Shown here in pieces: positions 10,949 to 21,659 of a stretch of 32,000 bases of DNA (within the stretch, counting starts at the first letter, position 1; each line of letters opens with the position of its first letter). Below the pieces are notes generated by a model, which saw only the letters and a list, made by a program, of their open reading frames with translations, was not told the DNA's origin and searched no databases. Position numbers and translations under genes: made by a program. Source of the stretch: Wallemia ichthyophaga EXF-994 (taxonomy: Eukaryota; Fungi; Basidiomycota); contig NW_008806274.1 in assembly GCF_000400465.1 (NCBI RefSeq), positions 330,244-362,243 of the forward strand, written 5' to 3'.

Positions 10949-12592
10949 ATGAGATTACGATTTGCACCTTCACCCACAGGTAGTCTACATATTGGTGGTC
11001 TACGTACTGCTCTATTTAACTTTCTGATTTCTTCAAAACTTGGTGGTTCATTGATCCTGCGTATTGAAGACACAGACAGAAAACGTTATCAAGCAGGCGC
11101 AATTGATAGCCTCATTAATTCGCTCACTTGGTCTGGAATAACTTTCAACGAAGGTCCTCACATCGGTGGCCCATTCGGATCTTATATCCAATCTGAGCGA
11201 TTAAGTTTATATAGAAACGCAATTGAGCAGCTGTTGGAGGTATTTATATGGCTTATCATACACACCACCTAACATTTACCAGTCAAACGCTGCTTACCGT
11301 GATTACGCTAGTCCTGGGCATCCAGTTAAGACGTGCGATCAACACTTACACAAACCACACGTCGTTAGATTCAAGGTTTGTAGGGTGCTACATTCACTAC
11401 TCTCTCTAACACCCACAGCTACCTCAATCTGACACTCACTTCACTGACACCGTCTATGGTGACATCACTTTCCCCTCATCTAAACATCCCCAAATGGGCT
11501 TCACTAATGACCCTATTCTCCTCAAATCTGACGGATTCCCTACTTACCACTTAGCCAGCGTTGTAGACGATACTCACATGCAGATTTCTCACGTTCTACG
11601 CGGTGAAGTGGGTGTCTTACTTAATGTCTTATTCTCTAAACTCACTAATTCTTCACAGGAATGGCTCTCTTCCATGCCAATCCACTTGGCTCTCTACAAA
11701 GCTCTAGAACACCCTCCACCTAATTTCGCCCACCTTCCACTGCTCATCAACCCAGACGGTTCGAAGCTATCCAAACGGTCTGGAGATGTATCTGTTGATA
11801 CTTATCAGGCTAATCAATGGGAACCTGAAGCTCTGATTAACTTCACCGCTCTTATGGGTTGGAATGCTTTGCGCACGGCTGATCCTACCAACCCATCAGA
11901 TTTCTTATCTATCCAAAGTCTAATTGATCGCTTTGATCTCAGGGACGTTCCTCACAGACGCGCTGCTATGTTTACTGGCAAGTTGCAGTTCCTCAACAAG
12001 CAGCACCTCGGCAAAAAAGTAGAGCAAGGCGATAAAGGTGTACTTGATAGATTCAGAGCTATGCTCGATCTGCACCTCTTTGTCGATGGATTCCAATTCG
12101 ATGATGAGTATTTACTTCATGTACTCATCCTCATTAAGGTGGGTTGCTAAGACATTACTACTACTATGCACCTACTGACTATTTATACTTCAATACACAG
12201 GACCGCATCAATAACCTCAGTGAAGCGGCTCAGATGGGCGACTATTTCTTCGTCGAACCTTTGTACAACTCGCTCGACGCTAAGCTCGCGTACGATAGTA
12301 CTACTAAGGATAATATAGATGCAGTTCTGAAAGCCGTATCTAACGCCTTGCACAATTTACAAGACTGGCAGACAGACACGCTCAACTCTCACCTCAAACA
12401 CCAACAAAAATTACTTAATTTGAAGACGAATGAGTTCATGATGCCATTGAGATGGGCTCTCACTGGTAAGAAGGTATGAAACATTTCACTCACTCATCCA
12501 CACTCTCACAATCCTCACAGATGGGTCCGAGTATTGCACCAACCATGCAACTACTCGGTAAAGAAAGAACATTACATAGACTACTAAAATAG
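10949..12592 (+). CDS. MSE1: Mitochondrial-type glutamyl-tRNA synthetase, multi-exon
   Basis: [17 protein letters not shown] (HIGH motif), [44 protein letters not shown] (KMSKS motif) and anticodon-domain [33 protein letters not shown]. Five short GT-AG introns inferred; TAG at 12590-12592. Confidence 0.9.
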
Positions 12593-12649
12593 ATCAAAAG
12601 ATATTAATTTAATTGTACACATTACAAACTTGTTATATAGTTGGATTTA

Positions 12650-14449
12650 CTACCCCAACGTTGCAATATCACCACCTGCAAATTCTGAAGGATCAGCCAT
12701 TACATTCTCAAACTTGAGTTGACCATCGGACAACTCCAGCGTATGCGAAGGGTCATTCTTTGCTTTTTGTAACTCCTTAACTTTCTTAGCAAACTCTGTT
12801 CGTTCCTGTGCTAATTGCATTCTTGCATTCTCCAAGCTCTTCTTTTCCTCCTCGAGTGTCAACTCTAATTGTTCAAACTGCTCCGTTTTGCACTCGAGTT
12901 TCTTTAACTGCGATTCGACAAGTTTGCTAATAAATTTCTCTATATTGTGCTCCTCGTCAGTGGATAGTGTCTTGGCCTTAGCTGCAGCTGCGCCCAGCGC
13001 AACCGAAGCCGCTTTTTCAACAGACGTGCGACTCGGCTCAACATCCATCTTCTCCTCACTACCGTTCACATTGGCATTCTGATTTTGATTCTCGCTCTTG
13101 CTCTTGCTCAACTCTCCAACCGACGCCTTAGCTGCTGCAGATGCAACGGAGGGGTTCACAACTGAGGCCAAGAATGCAACGACACTCATCACCGGATTAT
13201 CCGCCTGCGAGAATGGGAACTTGCCATATGCCAGCGGACCAAGATCGCCTTGGGACGCCATGCCCTGGAACTGTGCATCTCGGTGAGTGTTAGTGTTAGT
13301 ATTGGATGATGCAACCAGGTATGGATCTTCAATGGGTAGCTGCAGAAACTGCGCAATGCAACTCTCCCTCGACCTTGTGCCCACGTGCTCAGCTACCGAG
13401 TTCCAGTCGTCGTCATACTGCTCCAGGCCTTCGAGCAGCAGCAATGTCTCCTCATCTGTCCAAGGCTCCCCATTACCGTCTCCATCTTCCTCTCCTCCTG
13501 TGCCATGTTTGTATTTGTGATTGGTTATTCTGATAAAGTCGCCAGAGAACATGCTCGTTGGGAATCGTCCATCGAGATAAGCCTGCGGACATAAAACATA
13601 GTCGGGGTTTTTGATCGAATGGTACCGCTCTTGTGTGCACTCTGTGCCTGTAACATCACAGAAGTATCTAACTTCTCCGGAAACTCCATCGTCATTCTGC
13701 GTTTTGAACTTGTTCGCTGTCTTGGCCGTCTCGTCAGGATCCTCCGTAGCTTTGTATGAGGAGGTGTTGTAGATACCCTTGCGCAGCTCGACGTTTGGTG
13801 GTTGAGATGATTGCTGTGGTACTTGCGCTGGTTCGGTTTTAGCCGCTGTTTTCGTTGCAGGTTGAGTGCCCGGATGAAGCGGCTGAAGACCTCTAGGAGT
13901 ATCGAGTGTGACTCTAAAATGACCCGTGAAAGGTGGTCCAAGTGCAGCTGGACGTGTATCTGGATCAATTTGGTAATTAATCAATCCCCACTGCTCCAAG
14001 AAAGCGTGGACACGCATAATAGCGCAGACGTCACCAGCTAAATTACGTCTGCAAGCAGTGAAAGTGAGATACTCAGACGGATTGAGTCTGTAAGTGTTGA
14101 TGATAAAGTCTCTGTACTCCTTATAAATTGTAGGTGTTTTAGACCTGTTGCGGTTATTGAAAAACTCCGGCAGAGATCTTTTCTCAATAGCGTTTATCTG
14201 ACCGAACTTAAACCAAGAGCTGTAGCTGGGTATTATAACTTCTTGCGTCTGAGCAGCTAAGTACTTCTGAGCTTCTTCCTGTGAATGGTACTTGTACTGT
14301 TCCCTTGCGATTGCATTTTCATCCGCGTTTTCCATCTTTACGTCGTCGCTGACATTGTCATCTGGATTCTGAGATATATTCGATATTTCACCGCCAACAA
14401 CTGGATAAGCTTCATGCTGGTGGTCGTGGTGAGTTGAATACCACGCCAT
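12650..14449 (-). CDS. SWI/SNF-RSC core subunit Swi3/Rsc8 (SMARCC): SWIRM, ZZ-like, SANT and C-terminal coiled coil
   Basis: IIIPSYSSWF...EKRSLPEFF...YKEYRDFIINTYRLNPSEYLTFTACRRNLAGDVCAIMRVHAFLEQWGLINYQ (SWIRM); WTDEETLLLLEGLE...W..VAEHVGTRSRESCIAQFLQLPIEDPYL (SANT); PFSQADNPVMSVVAFLAS. Confidence 0.95.
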   Translation of the reverse strand: MAWYSTHHDHQHEAYPVVGGEISNISQNPDDNVSDDVKMENADENAIAREQYKYHSQEEAQKYLAAQTQEVIIPSYSSWFKFGQINAIEKRSLPEFFNNRNRSKTPTIYKEYRDFIINTYRLNPSEYLTFTACRRNLAGDVCAIMRVHAFLEQWGLINYQIDPDTRPAALGPPFTGHFRVTLDTPRGLQPLHPGTQPATKTAAKTEPAQVPQQSSQPPNVELRKGIYNTSSYKATEDPDETAKTANKFKTQNDDGVSGEVRYFCDVTGTECTQERYHSIKNPDYVLCPQAYLDGRFPTSMFSGDFIRITNHKYKHGTGGEEDGDGNGEPWTDEETLLLLEGLEQYDDDWNSVAEHVGTRSRESCIAQFLQLPIEDPYLVASSNTNTNTHRDAQFQGMASQGDLGPLAYGKFPFSQADNPVMSVVAFLASVVNPSVASAAAKASVGELSKSKSENQNQNANVNGSEEKMDVEPSRTSVEKAASVALGAAAAKAKTLSTDEEHNIEKFISKLVESQLKKLECKTEQFEQLELTLEEEKKSLENARMQLAQERTEFAKKVKELQKAKNDPSHTLELSDGQLKFENVMADPSEFAGGDIATLG

Positions 14450-14579
14450 CCACGCCCAACTACCCGCCTACCTTCTTTCCATTCGCCGGATCAACTGGAC
14501 TGACGCCGTTCGTTTCTGACATTGCTGATGGCTGTTAAGAATCAAGCCTTGTTTAGAGCGATATCTGTTTTTTTATAAA

Positions 14580-15287
14580 ATGTCCATCTATTATAAGAGA
14601 TTACCTGGGTTGGTGCCTTATAGCTCTGCGCTAGCCTTGCAAGACCGTCTCATCGCTGCAAAGCCAAATATCCACATCCTCCTCCTCCTCGAGCACTCCC
14701 CCGTATATACCGTTGGAAGGCGCATTAAGGATGAGAACGCTGAGGAGATTTCCAGGCTGCGTAATTTAGGCGCTGACTACCAGTTCACACTCCGTGGTGG
14801 CCAGATTACCTTCCATGGTCCTGGCCAGTTGGTCGGCTATCCGATATTCAATTTAGCCCGAATGCAGCTCAGCGTGAGAAATTATGTCGATTTGGTTGAA
14901 AAGTCGCTTATTAGAATGCTCGCCGATCAATACGCTATACGAGGCATTACTTCTGAGCACACAGGCGTATGGCTTGATGATGTCCACAAGATTGCTTCTA
15001 TCGGCGTACAAGTCAGGCATCGCATCACTTCCCATGGTTTTGCAATAAACATCACCAACGAGCCATTAGATCCGTGGTTCAGTAGCATTGTAGCGTGCGG
15101 GATACACGGCGCAAAGATGACCTCCGTCGCTTCAACACTCAAAGACAACTCCAATTCCATATCCATGCACGATGCCACCCATGCAGCTGCGAAAGCAATT
15201 GGCAATGTCTTTGGTATGCATGTACAACAACTAGACGATCCTCACTTAGATGCGATAATATCTGATAGTCTAAACAGTATTGATTAA
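14580..15287 (+). CDS. LIP2: Lipoyl(octanoyl) transferase LipB/Lip2
   Basis: LLLLEHSPVYTVGRR, RGGQITFHGPGQLVGYPI, GVW...KIASIGV, TSHGFAIN and IVACG motifs. Single exon. Confidence 0.93.
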   Translation: MSIYYKRLPGLVPYSSALALQDRLIAAKPNIHILLLLEHSPVYTVGRRIKDENAEEISRLRNLGADYQFTLRGGQITFHGPGQLVGYPIFNLARMQLSVRNYVDLVEKSLIRMLADQYAIRGITSEHTGVWLDDVHKIASIGVQVRHRITSHGFAINITNEPLDPWFSSIVACGIHGAKMTSVASTLKDNSNSISMHDATHAAAKAIGNVFGMHVQQLDDPHLDAIISDSLNSID

Positions 15288-17016
15288 TGTAGCTTTATTA
15301 TATCATCCCCCTTAGCTTTGCTGCCTCCTGCTCCATCCATACGTGAGCTTCTACTACCAAACTGCATAGCGCGTTTGGCGCGTTTAGATGCGCTCATCAG
15401 ACCTTCTGATGCTGCCAATATGCGTAAAAGACGCTTATCGCCCAATTCCGCCTGTCTAAAATCAGCCTTCTGGTGCAGCGGCAGTTTGCTCAGCCACTCA
15501 AGCAGTGGATAAGCAAGGAATGGGAATCTGACTTCACGTGAATGATGCGCGATCACTCTATCGTCGCGTCCCAAATTGCGGGAAGGTAATCTATCCAAAT
15601 CCATCTCTAGCTGATAAAAGAGTTAAATGGAACAATTATCCATACTTCACCACCCACCTCATCTGCTACTCCCTCCCAGCCTCCTTTCTGATATGCCACT
15701 CGATGTCTGCCATACCCTCCCAAAGCCTCGTCTGCTCCGAGTCCACTCAACAGTACTCTGGCTTGCGTTGTGTAGTCCTCCCCTGTGTTAAAGAGATGCC
15801 CGTTTCCGCGCGATGCAAAATATAGTGGAGCAGCGAGTGATAGGTCCATAACGGTGTTCTTTGGATACATAAGCTCAATAACGTTCTGTTTTTCACAATT
15901 GTAATCCTGACGTAAAACCGAGTGAGTAAGTGGGCTCATGTATAATGTTAGCATAAACACACCTCTGTTGATATGTCAACATTTACTAGTCTAAACTCTC
16001 TGTCTGAATGCAGCTTTTCTAGCTCCCCCACCGCTTCCAACGCTGTTTGACGATCAGGTGCCCGACTGCACACCTCACGAACGGTTTCAAGGGAGGCATT
16101 TGGAGTAGCACAGAATGCCACATTGATTAGCTCTATAGGTTCAGAAATTGGTAGCAGTTTTGATGCCAGATGTGCAACTAAGAAGTGTAAGTTGAAGGTT
16201 TAGACGTGTTTCACAACCCACCCATAGTGCAGTCGATGCCACCAGAGAACAAGACAGCTAGTTTGCATTCTTTGATGTTCGAGGTTGTCTTGTTGTGGGT
16301 GGGTATACACCTAACGCGTTTGTCGACAGCTTGAGTGAGTATATGATGGAATTCATCTATAACGTTTGCTGGTATGTGCTCTACTGATTCACTATCTGTA
16401 AATTGTCGATTAAGTTTAACCGTTGAAGACCTTTTATGCTTAATTAAGGTGTTATCAGACTTTAATTCGTAGAGGTAAGTTGCGTCACATTCTTCCCAAG
16501 ATAATGAAGGGTGAGGAATGGAGGAAACAATTATGCCATCATTTGAGATAGACATGACAAGGCTTCTACGGCCAAGAATATCTCTTCCAAAGAAGGTTGA
16601 TTGGGTGGTCGCAGAGTGAAAAACAAAAGCACATGGATCGGCAAATTTAAGAAGAAATTCGCGCAGATCAACGTGATTAAGGGTAGATAGAGTGTTTAAT
16701 AGAATGACGCCATCATTTTTATCATCCGGAACCTTTTAAAACGAGATTAAGTGATTTGTGGATGGATTAACACGAGGATTACCTTGAAGCTATCAAATAT
16801 CTGACCATTGTAGCATAGAATATCACCATTGTTAGATCTTAAAGGCTGTTGAGTGATCTCTGTACCGCGTAAATGCAAAACAGAGCAAGAATAACTGCCT
16901 GAGAGAGAATTAAGAGTTGAATGGAAATCAGGGCCACGTCGTTTAATCCTTGTGAATAAATCTGTCGAGTCAAAAATTTCAAAATTATTTATTTTATTGA
17001 ATATGATTCCACACAT
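15284..17016 (-). CDS. Asparagine synthetase domain-containing protein (ASNSD1/YML096W-like), multi-exon
   Basis: N-terminal MCGI (Ntn cysteine), RRGPD, VLHLRG, LCYNGQIF; LAVLFSGGIDC; VLLSGLGADEALGGYGRH; RNLGRDDRVI...REVRFPFL; DKRLLR; KRAMQFGSR. Confidence 0.88.
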
Positions 17017-17040
17017 TTCACTCCGTTTAAACGTTCGCTG

Positions 17041-18616
17041 ATGGACTCGATGGACTCGATTGATGATAATCCATTCGCAGATATGCAGAGAGATAATTTT
17101 GAGCAATTTAAGTCAATTTCTTTAGCGGATGATGACGGCGATAAGGAATCTTTATCCGATCGGAAGAGGAGTTTATCGTTGCAGCAGCAGCAATCTCAGC
17201 AGCGGGAGCATCAGCATCAGCAGCAGCAACAGCAATCTCAACAGCACCAGCAATCTAAAAAACCATACGATATATCCGTCTGTGATCCTCAGAAGATTGG
17301 AAACCCCACAAACTCATACATCCTCTACACTATCAAAACTCACACCAATATCCCCACTTACAGACAGAGCTCTCTAACCGTCTTACGCCGTTACAGTGAC
17401 TTTCTATGGCTCTATGAGAATCTCTGCAAGAACAATCCAGGCGTATTCGTACCACCACCACCGTATAAACAATCTTACGGTCGATTCAACTTGGACTTTA
17501 TCGAACAAAGACGCCAATCATTAGAAAAGTGCTTAATTAAAAGCGCAAATCACCCTCACTTATCCAACGATGAAGACCTCAAACTGTTTTTAGAGAGTGA
17601 TTCTTTTGCTTTAGATGTGAGTTTGATATATGCCATCCTCAATCACAAGCTCATCCTCTCACATACAGGTAAAACAACGCCAACTTGATAAAGCTGAAGG
17701 AAAATCTGTACTTGCTTCTTGGAGTTCTTCTATAATAGGTCCCAAGTTCATTGAATCTGGTGGGCTACTTACTACTAAATCTATCAATCCACCTTACCCA
17801 CTCTCACAGATGAATGGTTTGATATCGAAAAGCAACGAATTGAGGGACTGGAAGTTCAACTCAAAGCTCTTGTCAAATCTTTGCAATTTCTTTCGGTTCA
17901 GCGCTACGATTTGGCTTCTGCACTTGCTGATCATTCTGAATCATTACTCGAACTATCCAAACAATACACCAATTCTGAAACTCTTACTAGGCTCTTTCAG
18001 ATACTGGCCGATCTTTCAACCAAGTCTAAAGGTGGCGTAGACGAGCTTATCAAGAGTGATGCCTCATCTTTCGCGGCTACTGTAGAAGAATATATGCGTG
18101 TCATTGCATCCATCAAGGTGCGCAGTATTAAGTTGATATTAATATCCACTAATCATCGACCTTAGAACGCATTTACCACAAGAATCGACCTATTTCATGA
18201 TATCAAAGCAGCTGAAAACTCGTATAACAAAAAGAAATCAACTTACGAAAAACAGAAATCTGTCGGTCAAATTCACCAGTACAATATCGCCTACTCACTC
18301 AAAGACCTTGCTATGGTGGGTTAGAGTCTTTTTCTATATCGCTAAACTAAATCTTATTCAGAGTGAACACTCGGCACACGAATCTTCGCGTCAATTTGAA
18401 AGAGTGAGCCTTTTGATTAAAGATGAAATGTCGTCGTTCGATAAATTGCGCATGGAAGATTTCAAATCCAGTCTAAAGGATCTGGTAGCTACGTTGCTCA
18501 AATCACAAACAAGTGTAAGTCATCCAATTATTGATTTTATTCCACCTCTAATCATCTGTTAGATCCACGAAGGCTGGGTCAACTACGAACGAGAGCTAAA
18601 AGCCTTTTATGAATAA
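17041..18616 (+). CDS. VPS5: Retromer sorting nexin Vps5/SNX1-like (PX-BAR), multi-exon
   Basis: PX domain ISVCDPQKIG...VLRRYSDFLWLYENL...PGVFVPPPPYKQSYGRF...FIEQRRQSLEKCL; BAR helices in later exons (...EEYMRVIASIK...FERVSLLIKDEMSSFDKLRMEDFKSSL...IHEGWVNY); TAA at 18614-18616. Confidence 0.85.
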
Positions 18617-18774
18617 TGATACCCGTTCAAAAATGCACCTATATTCATCAATGAACTAGGCTTATAAAGTCACCAGACATTCGCTGTGTCTGTATCATGT
18701 GAAATAAATGCATTGAAATTTAGTATAAGCATGTAACGTAAATCAAATAAGATATAAAATCAAACCGAAAAAAC

Positions 18775-20494
18775 TTATCCAGACCATTCAACGGTTCTCA
18801 AATCAACACCTTCTTGAACCATTTCCCATAGTGGTGACATATCCCTCAGTTTGTTGACAACACCGACAATCTTGTTGACAACCAAATCAATCTCTGCTTC
18901 AGTAGTGAACCTTGAGATACCGAAACGAAGCGAGGAGTGAGCCATTGTGTCGTCAGCACCCAAGGCTCTCAAAACATATGATGGTTCGAGCGAAGCTGAT
19001 GTACATGCAGAGCCCGAAGACAGAGCAACGTCATTCAGTGCCATTAACAGCGATTCACCTTCAACGAATCCAAATGAAAGGTTCGTGCAACCTGGATAAG
19101 TTGCTGTTTCGCTACCATTCAAGTTTACGTGTTCTAGTTTCCCAATGATACCATTCAAAAGCCTCTGTCTGAGTGCGCTTATTCTATCATGATCGTGCTG
19201 ATTACATTGTTAGCAAATAGTTGCAGAAATCATGGTGATTTTCGGATACTCGTTACCCCTGCACACAAAAATCATCGATGAGCGTTTAGCATCTAAACCT
19301 CCCTCCTTTATTGAATGTGCATTATTTTTAATCATCGTAACCATCACCATTGATTAATTATTCACTCACCTGCATCTCTGCCTTACCAATACGACAGGCT
19401 TCACCGAATCCAATAGCCAGTGGAGCTGGGACGGTACCAGATCTCAGGCCTCTTTCTTGACCACCACCGCTGAAGAGAGGATCTATTCTGACTCTTGGGC
19501 GACGTCTAACATACACTGCACCAACACCCTTTGGACCATATATCTTGTGAGCAGAAAGCGACATTAAATCAATATTCATGTCCTGTACGCTCATAGGAAT
19601 CTTTCCTAAAGCTTGTGCAGCGTCTGTGTGAAAGTGAACACCCTTGTATTTACGAAGCATCTCTCCAATTTCCTTAAGTGGTTGAATAACACCAATTTCG
19701 TTGTTGACGGCCATGATAGATACAATCGATGTGTCAGGTCTGATAGCCTTTTCGAGCTCTTCAAGTGAGACCAAGCCATTAGTTTGCACTGGCAAGTATG
19801 TCACATCAAAGCCCTCCTCTTGCATTTGGCGGCACGAGTCCAAAACACACTTGTGCTCCGTTTGGGTGGTAATAATGTGCTTCTTTCTGTTCTTGTTAAA
19901 TCTAGCAACACCCTTTATAGACATGTTGTTAGCCTCTGTGGCACCTGATGTGAAAATAATATCCTTAGGGTCTGCACCGATGAGACCTGCGATATGCTTG
20001 GAAAATATCAGAATTACATATATGTATCAGGTAGAAACTCACGCTTCTAGCTTCTTCAACACCATCTTGAGACTCCCACCCATATACGTGTGTTCTCGAA
20101 TGAGGGTTACCGTATTGATTTGTAAACCAAGGCAACATCTTGTCAAGAACACGTGGATCGAGTGGTGTCGTAGCTTGTGCATCCAAGTAAATAGGTCTTC
20201 TTGGATCTGCTGATTTGTGCTCAGCACTAATGTTGAATCCGAAGGAATCTGGTTGGTTAGTGAGAATTGGGCTATGTTGAGAGCTGACAAATGCGTACCG
20301 AGTGGTGCAATGATTGCCTGCGAGTCCAAATCCTTTGGTGCACTTAAAGGCCCAGAGCCTGAATCCACAGTGGTGGCCATCCCCTGAGGTGACGATGGTG
20401 TGGCGAGCATCCTTGATTGAACCAAAACTCTACGAGCATTATTTGATAACGCTCCTTTGCTTGAAAGGCCTTTAATAATTTGTTTAGACAACAT
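18775..20494 (-). CDS. NFS1: Mitochondrial cysteine desulfurase
   Basis: Presequence-like N-terminus from ATG 20494; [44 protein letters not shown] (PLP lysine), [13 protein letters not shown] and [17 protein letters not shown] (catalytic Cys). Confidence 0.95.
19232..19350 (-). ncRNA. Candidate intronic box C/D-like structured RNA inside the 172-nt NFS1 intron (19198-19369)
   Basis: The intron is about 3 times the local size. It has a perfect 8-bp terminal stem (ATGGTGAT/ATCACCAT), a C-like box ACGATGA 4 nt inside, a D-like box CCGA 2 nt before the 3' stem, an internal C'-like TCGATGA and extra hairpins. Confidence 0.5.
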
Positions 20495-20617
20495 TTTCAA
20501 TTAAGCCGTGGATGTTATGATGGAAGATGTCATTGACGTTCAACGCCAATTGTGTATCAGAGATTGAAAATTACAACAGCAATTCTGACTTTCAGCGAGG
20601 ATAGACTGATGAGTTGT

Positions 20618-21499
20618 TTACCAAGTATAATCATCAAATTTATGTGGCTGTACGATGTTGAAGTCGTTGATGTCAAATCTTAGATAGCTCAGTTCTGCAT
20701 CGAGGTGGCTCAGCTACTTACAAGTCATAGTCTTCAGCTTGGAAATCTTGGTTAAAACCGAACTGATCCTTTCCCATTTCCAGATTCTCATTCAGTGTCG
20801 CTGTCTTGGGACATTGCTCGTCTACCTCATACGTCAACGACGGGAAAGAGTCGCTTTGAGAGTCCGCGAGTGTTGGGTCTGGCTTAATAGAGAACATTTC
20901 ATCCAAACTGAATGACTTGCCGCCGAGAAGAGTCTCTTGTCCAGAAATCTGTGGCAAGGTCAATGGTATCACCAGCTAAAATGCTAATGTGATAGTTACT
21001 GCGTTTGATGAATGCGTGTTAGTGACGTCTCTGAAGGGTGATTGCAGCTTGGTCTCTTTAGCCTTATCCATCGCGCTACCCGTTCTCTTGATGCGATTTT
21101 CGAGAACCTGATCAAGATACACTTGGAAATTATCGCGAGACGAAACCGCTGGCAGCTGCATGGTTGCCTTCTTCCTATTCAATCTCTTTTTGCGCTTTTT
21201 AGGAGCGCGTTTGCGCTTCCTCGTTGCTGCATTTCCCTCCTCCTCATATGCCTTAAGTCCACCTGGTAATATAAGAGATAGGAATGTTTAGGCCAGAGAT
21301 GCGCGTACATATGTTGCAGAGATATGCCTGGGATATCTCAGATAGTAAACCAATGTAGATTTCACACATACCTGGGTAACGGGATGTCTGCGCCAGAGAG
21401 ATGTCTGCGAAATTGGTAAATTGTCGCTGAAAAGCTATTCAGGCGCACAGTATTCACAAAGCAGCGATCGCAATTGACGCCATTGATTTCTCCTTTCAT
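20618..21499 (-). CDS. GATA-type zinc-finger transcription factor (C-x2-C-x18-C-x2-C) with basic region and acidic tail; highly fragmented
   Basis: Splicing introns 21405-21448, 21328-21371 and 21263-21308 gives CDRCFVNTTSLWRRHPVTQAYLCNICGLKAYEEEGNAATRKRKRAPKKRKKRLNRKK. The 3' structure is less certain (in-frame TAG at 20976 and a last intron 20679-20721, stop at 20618). The start codon may lie further upstream. Confidence 0.75.
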
Positions 21500-21659
21500 T
21501 TTTTGAAGTAACTGAATTCGCAATCTTGATCGTGGGAGATAAAGATGCAAACGCAATCCCTTTCTAATTGTTCTTTTGCAAAGAGTACTGTCTATTCATC
21601 TCGTCTTGTTTCCAGGCAATCTGTCCAAATATACGTCATTTAGGAGGCTCTTATCAAGC

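Noticed and set aside
19198-19280. NFS1 intron segment as U4 snRNA (U6-complementary TGTGCAGGGG followed by TGCTAA)
   Set aside because: The TGCTAAC is the intron branch site, and no Sm site or 3' domain follows before the acceptor.
19198-19369. TPP riboswitch in the long NFS1 intron
   Set aside because: The conserved CTGAGA and GATCNG..AA..C.GCG core motifs are not present.
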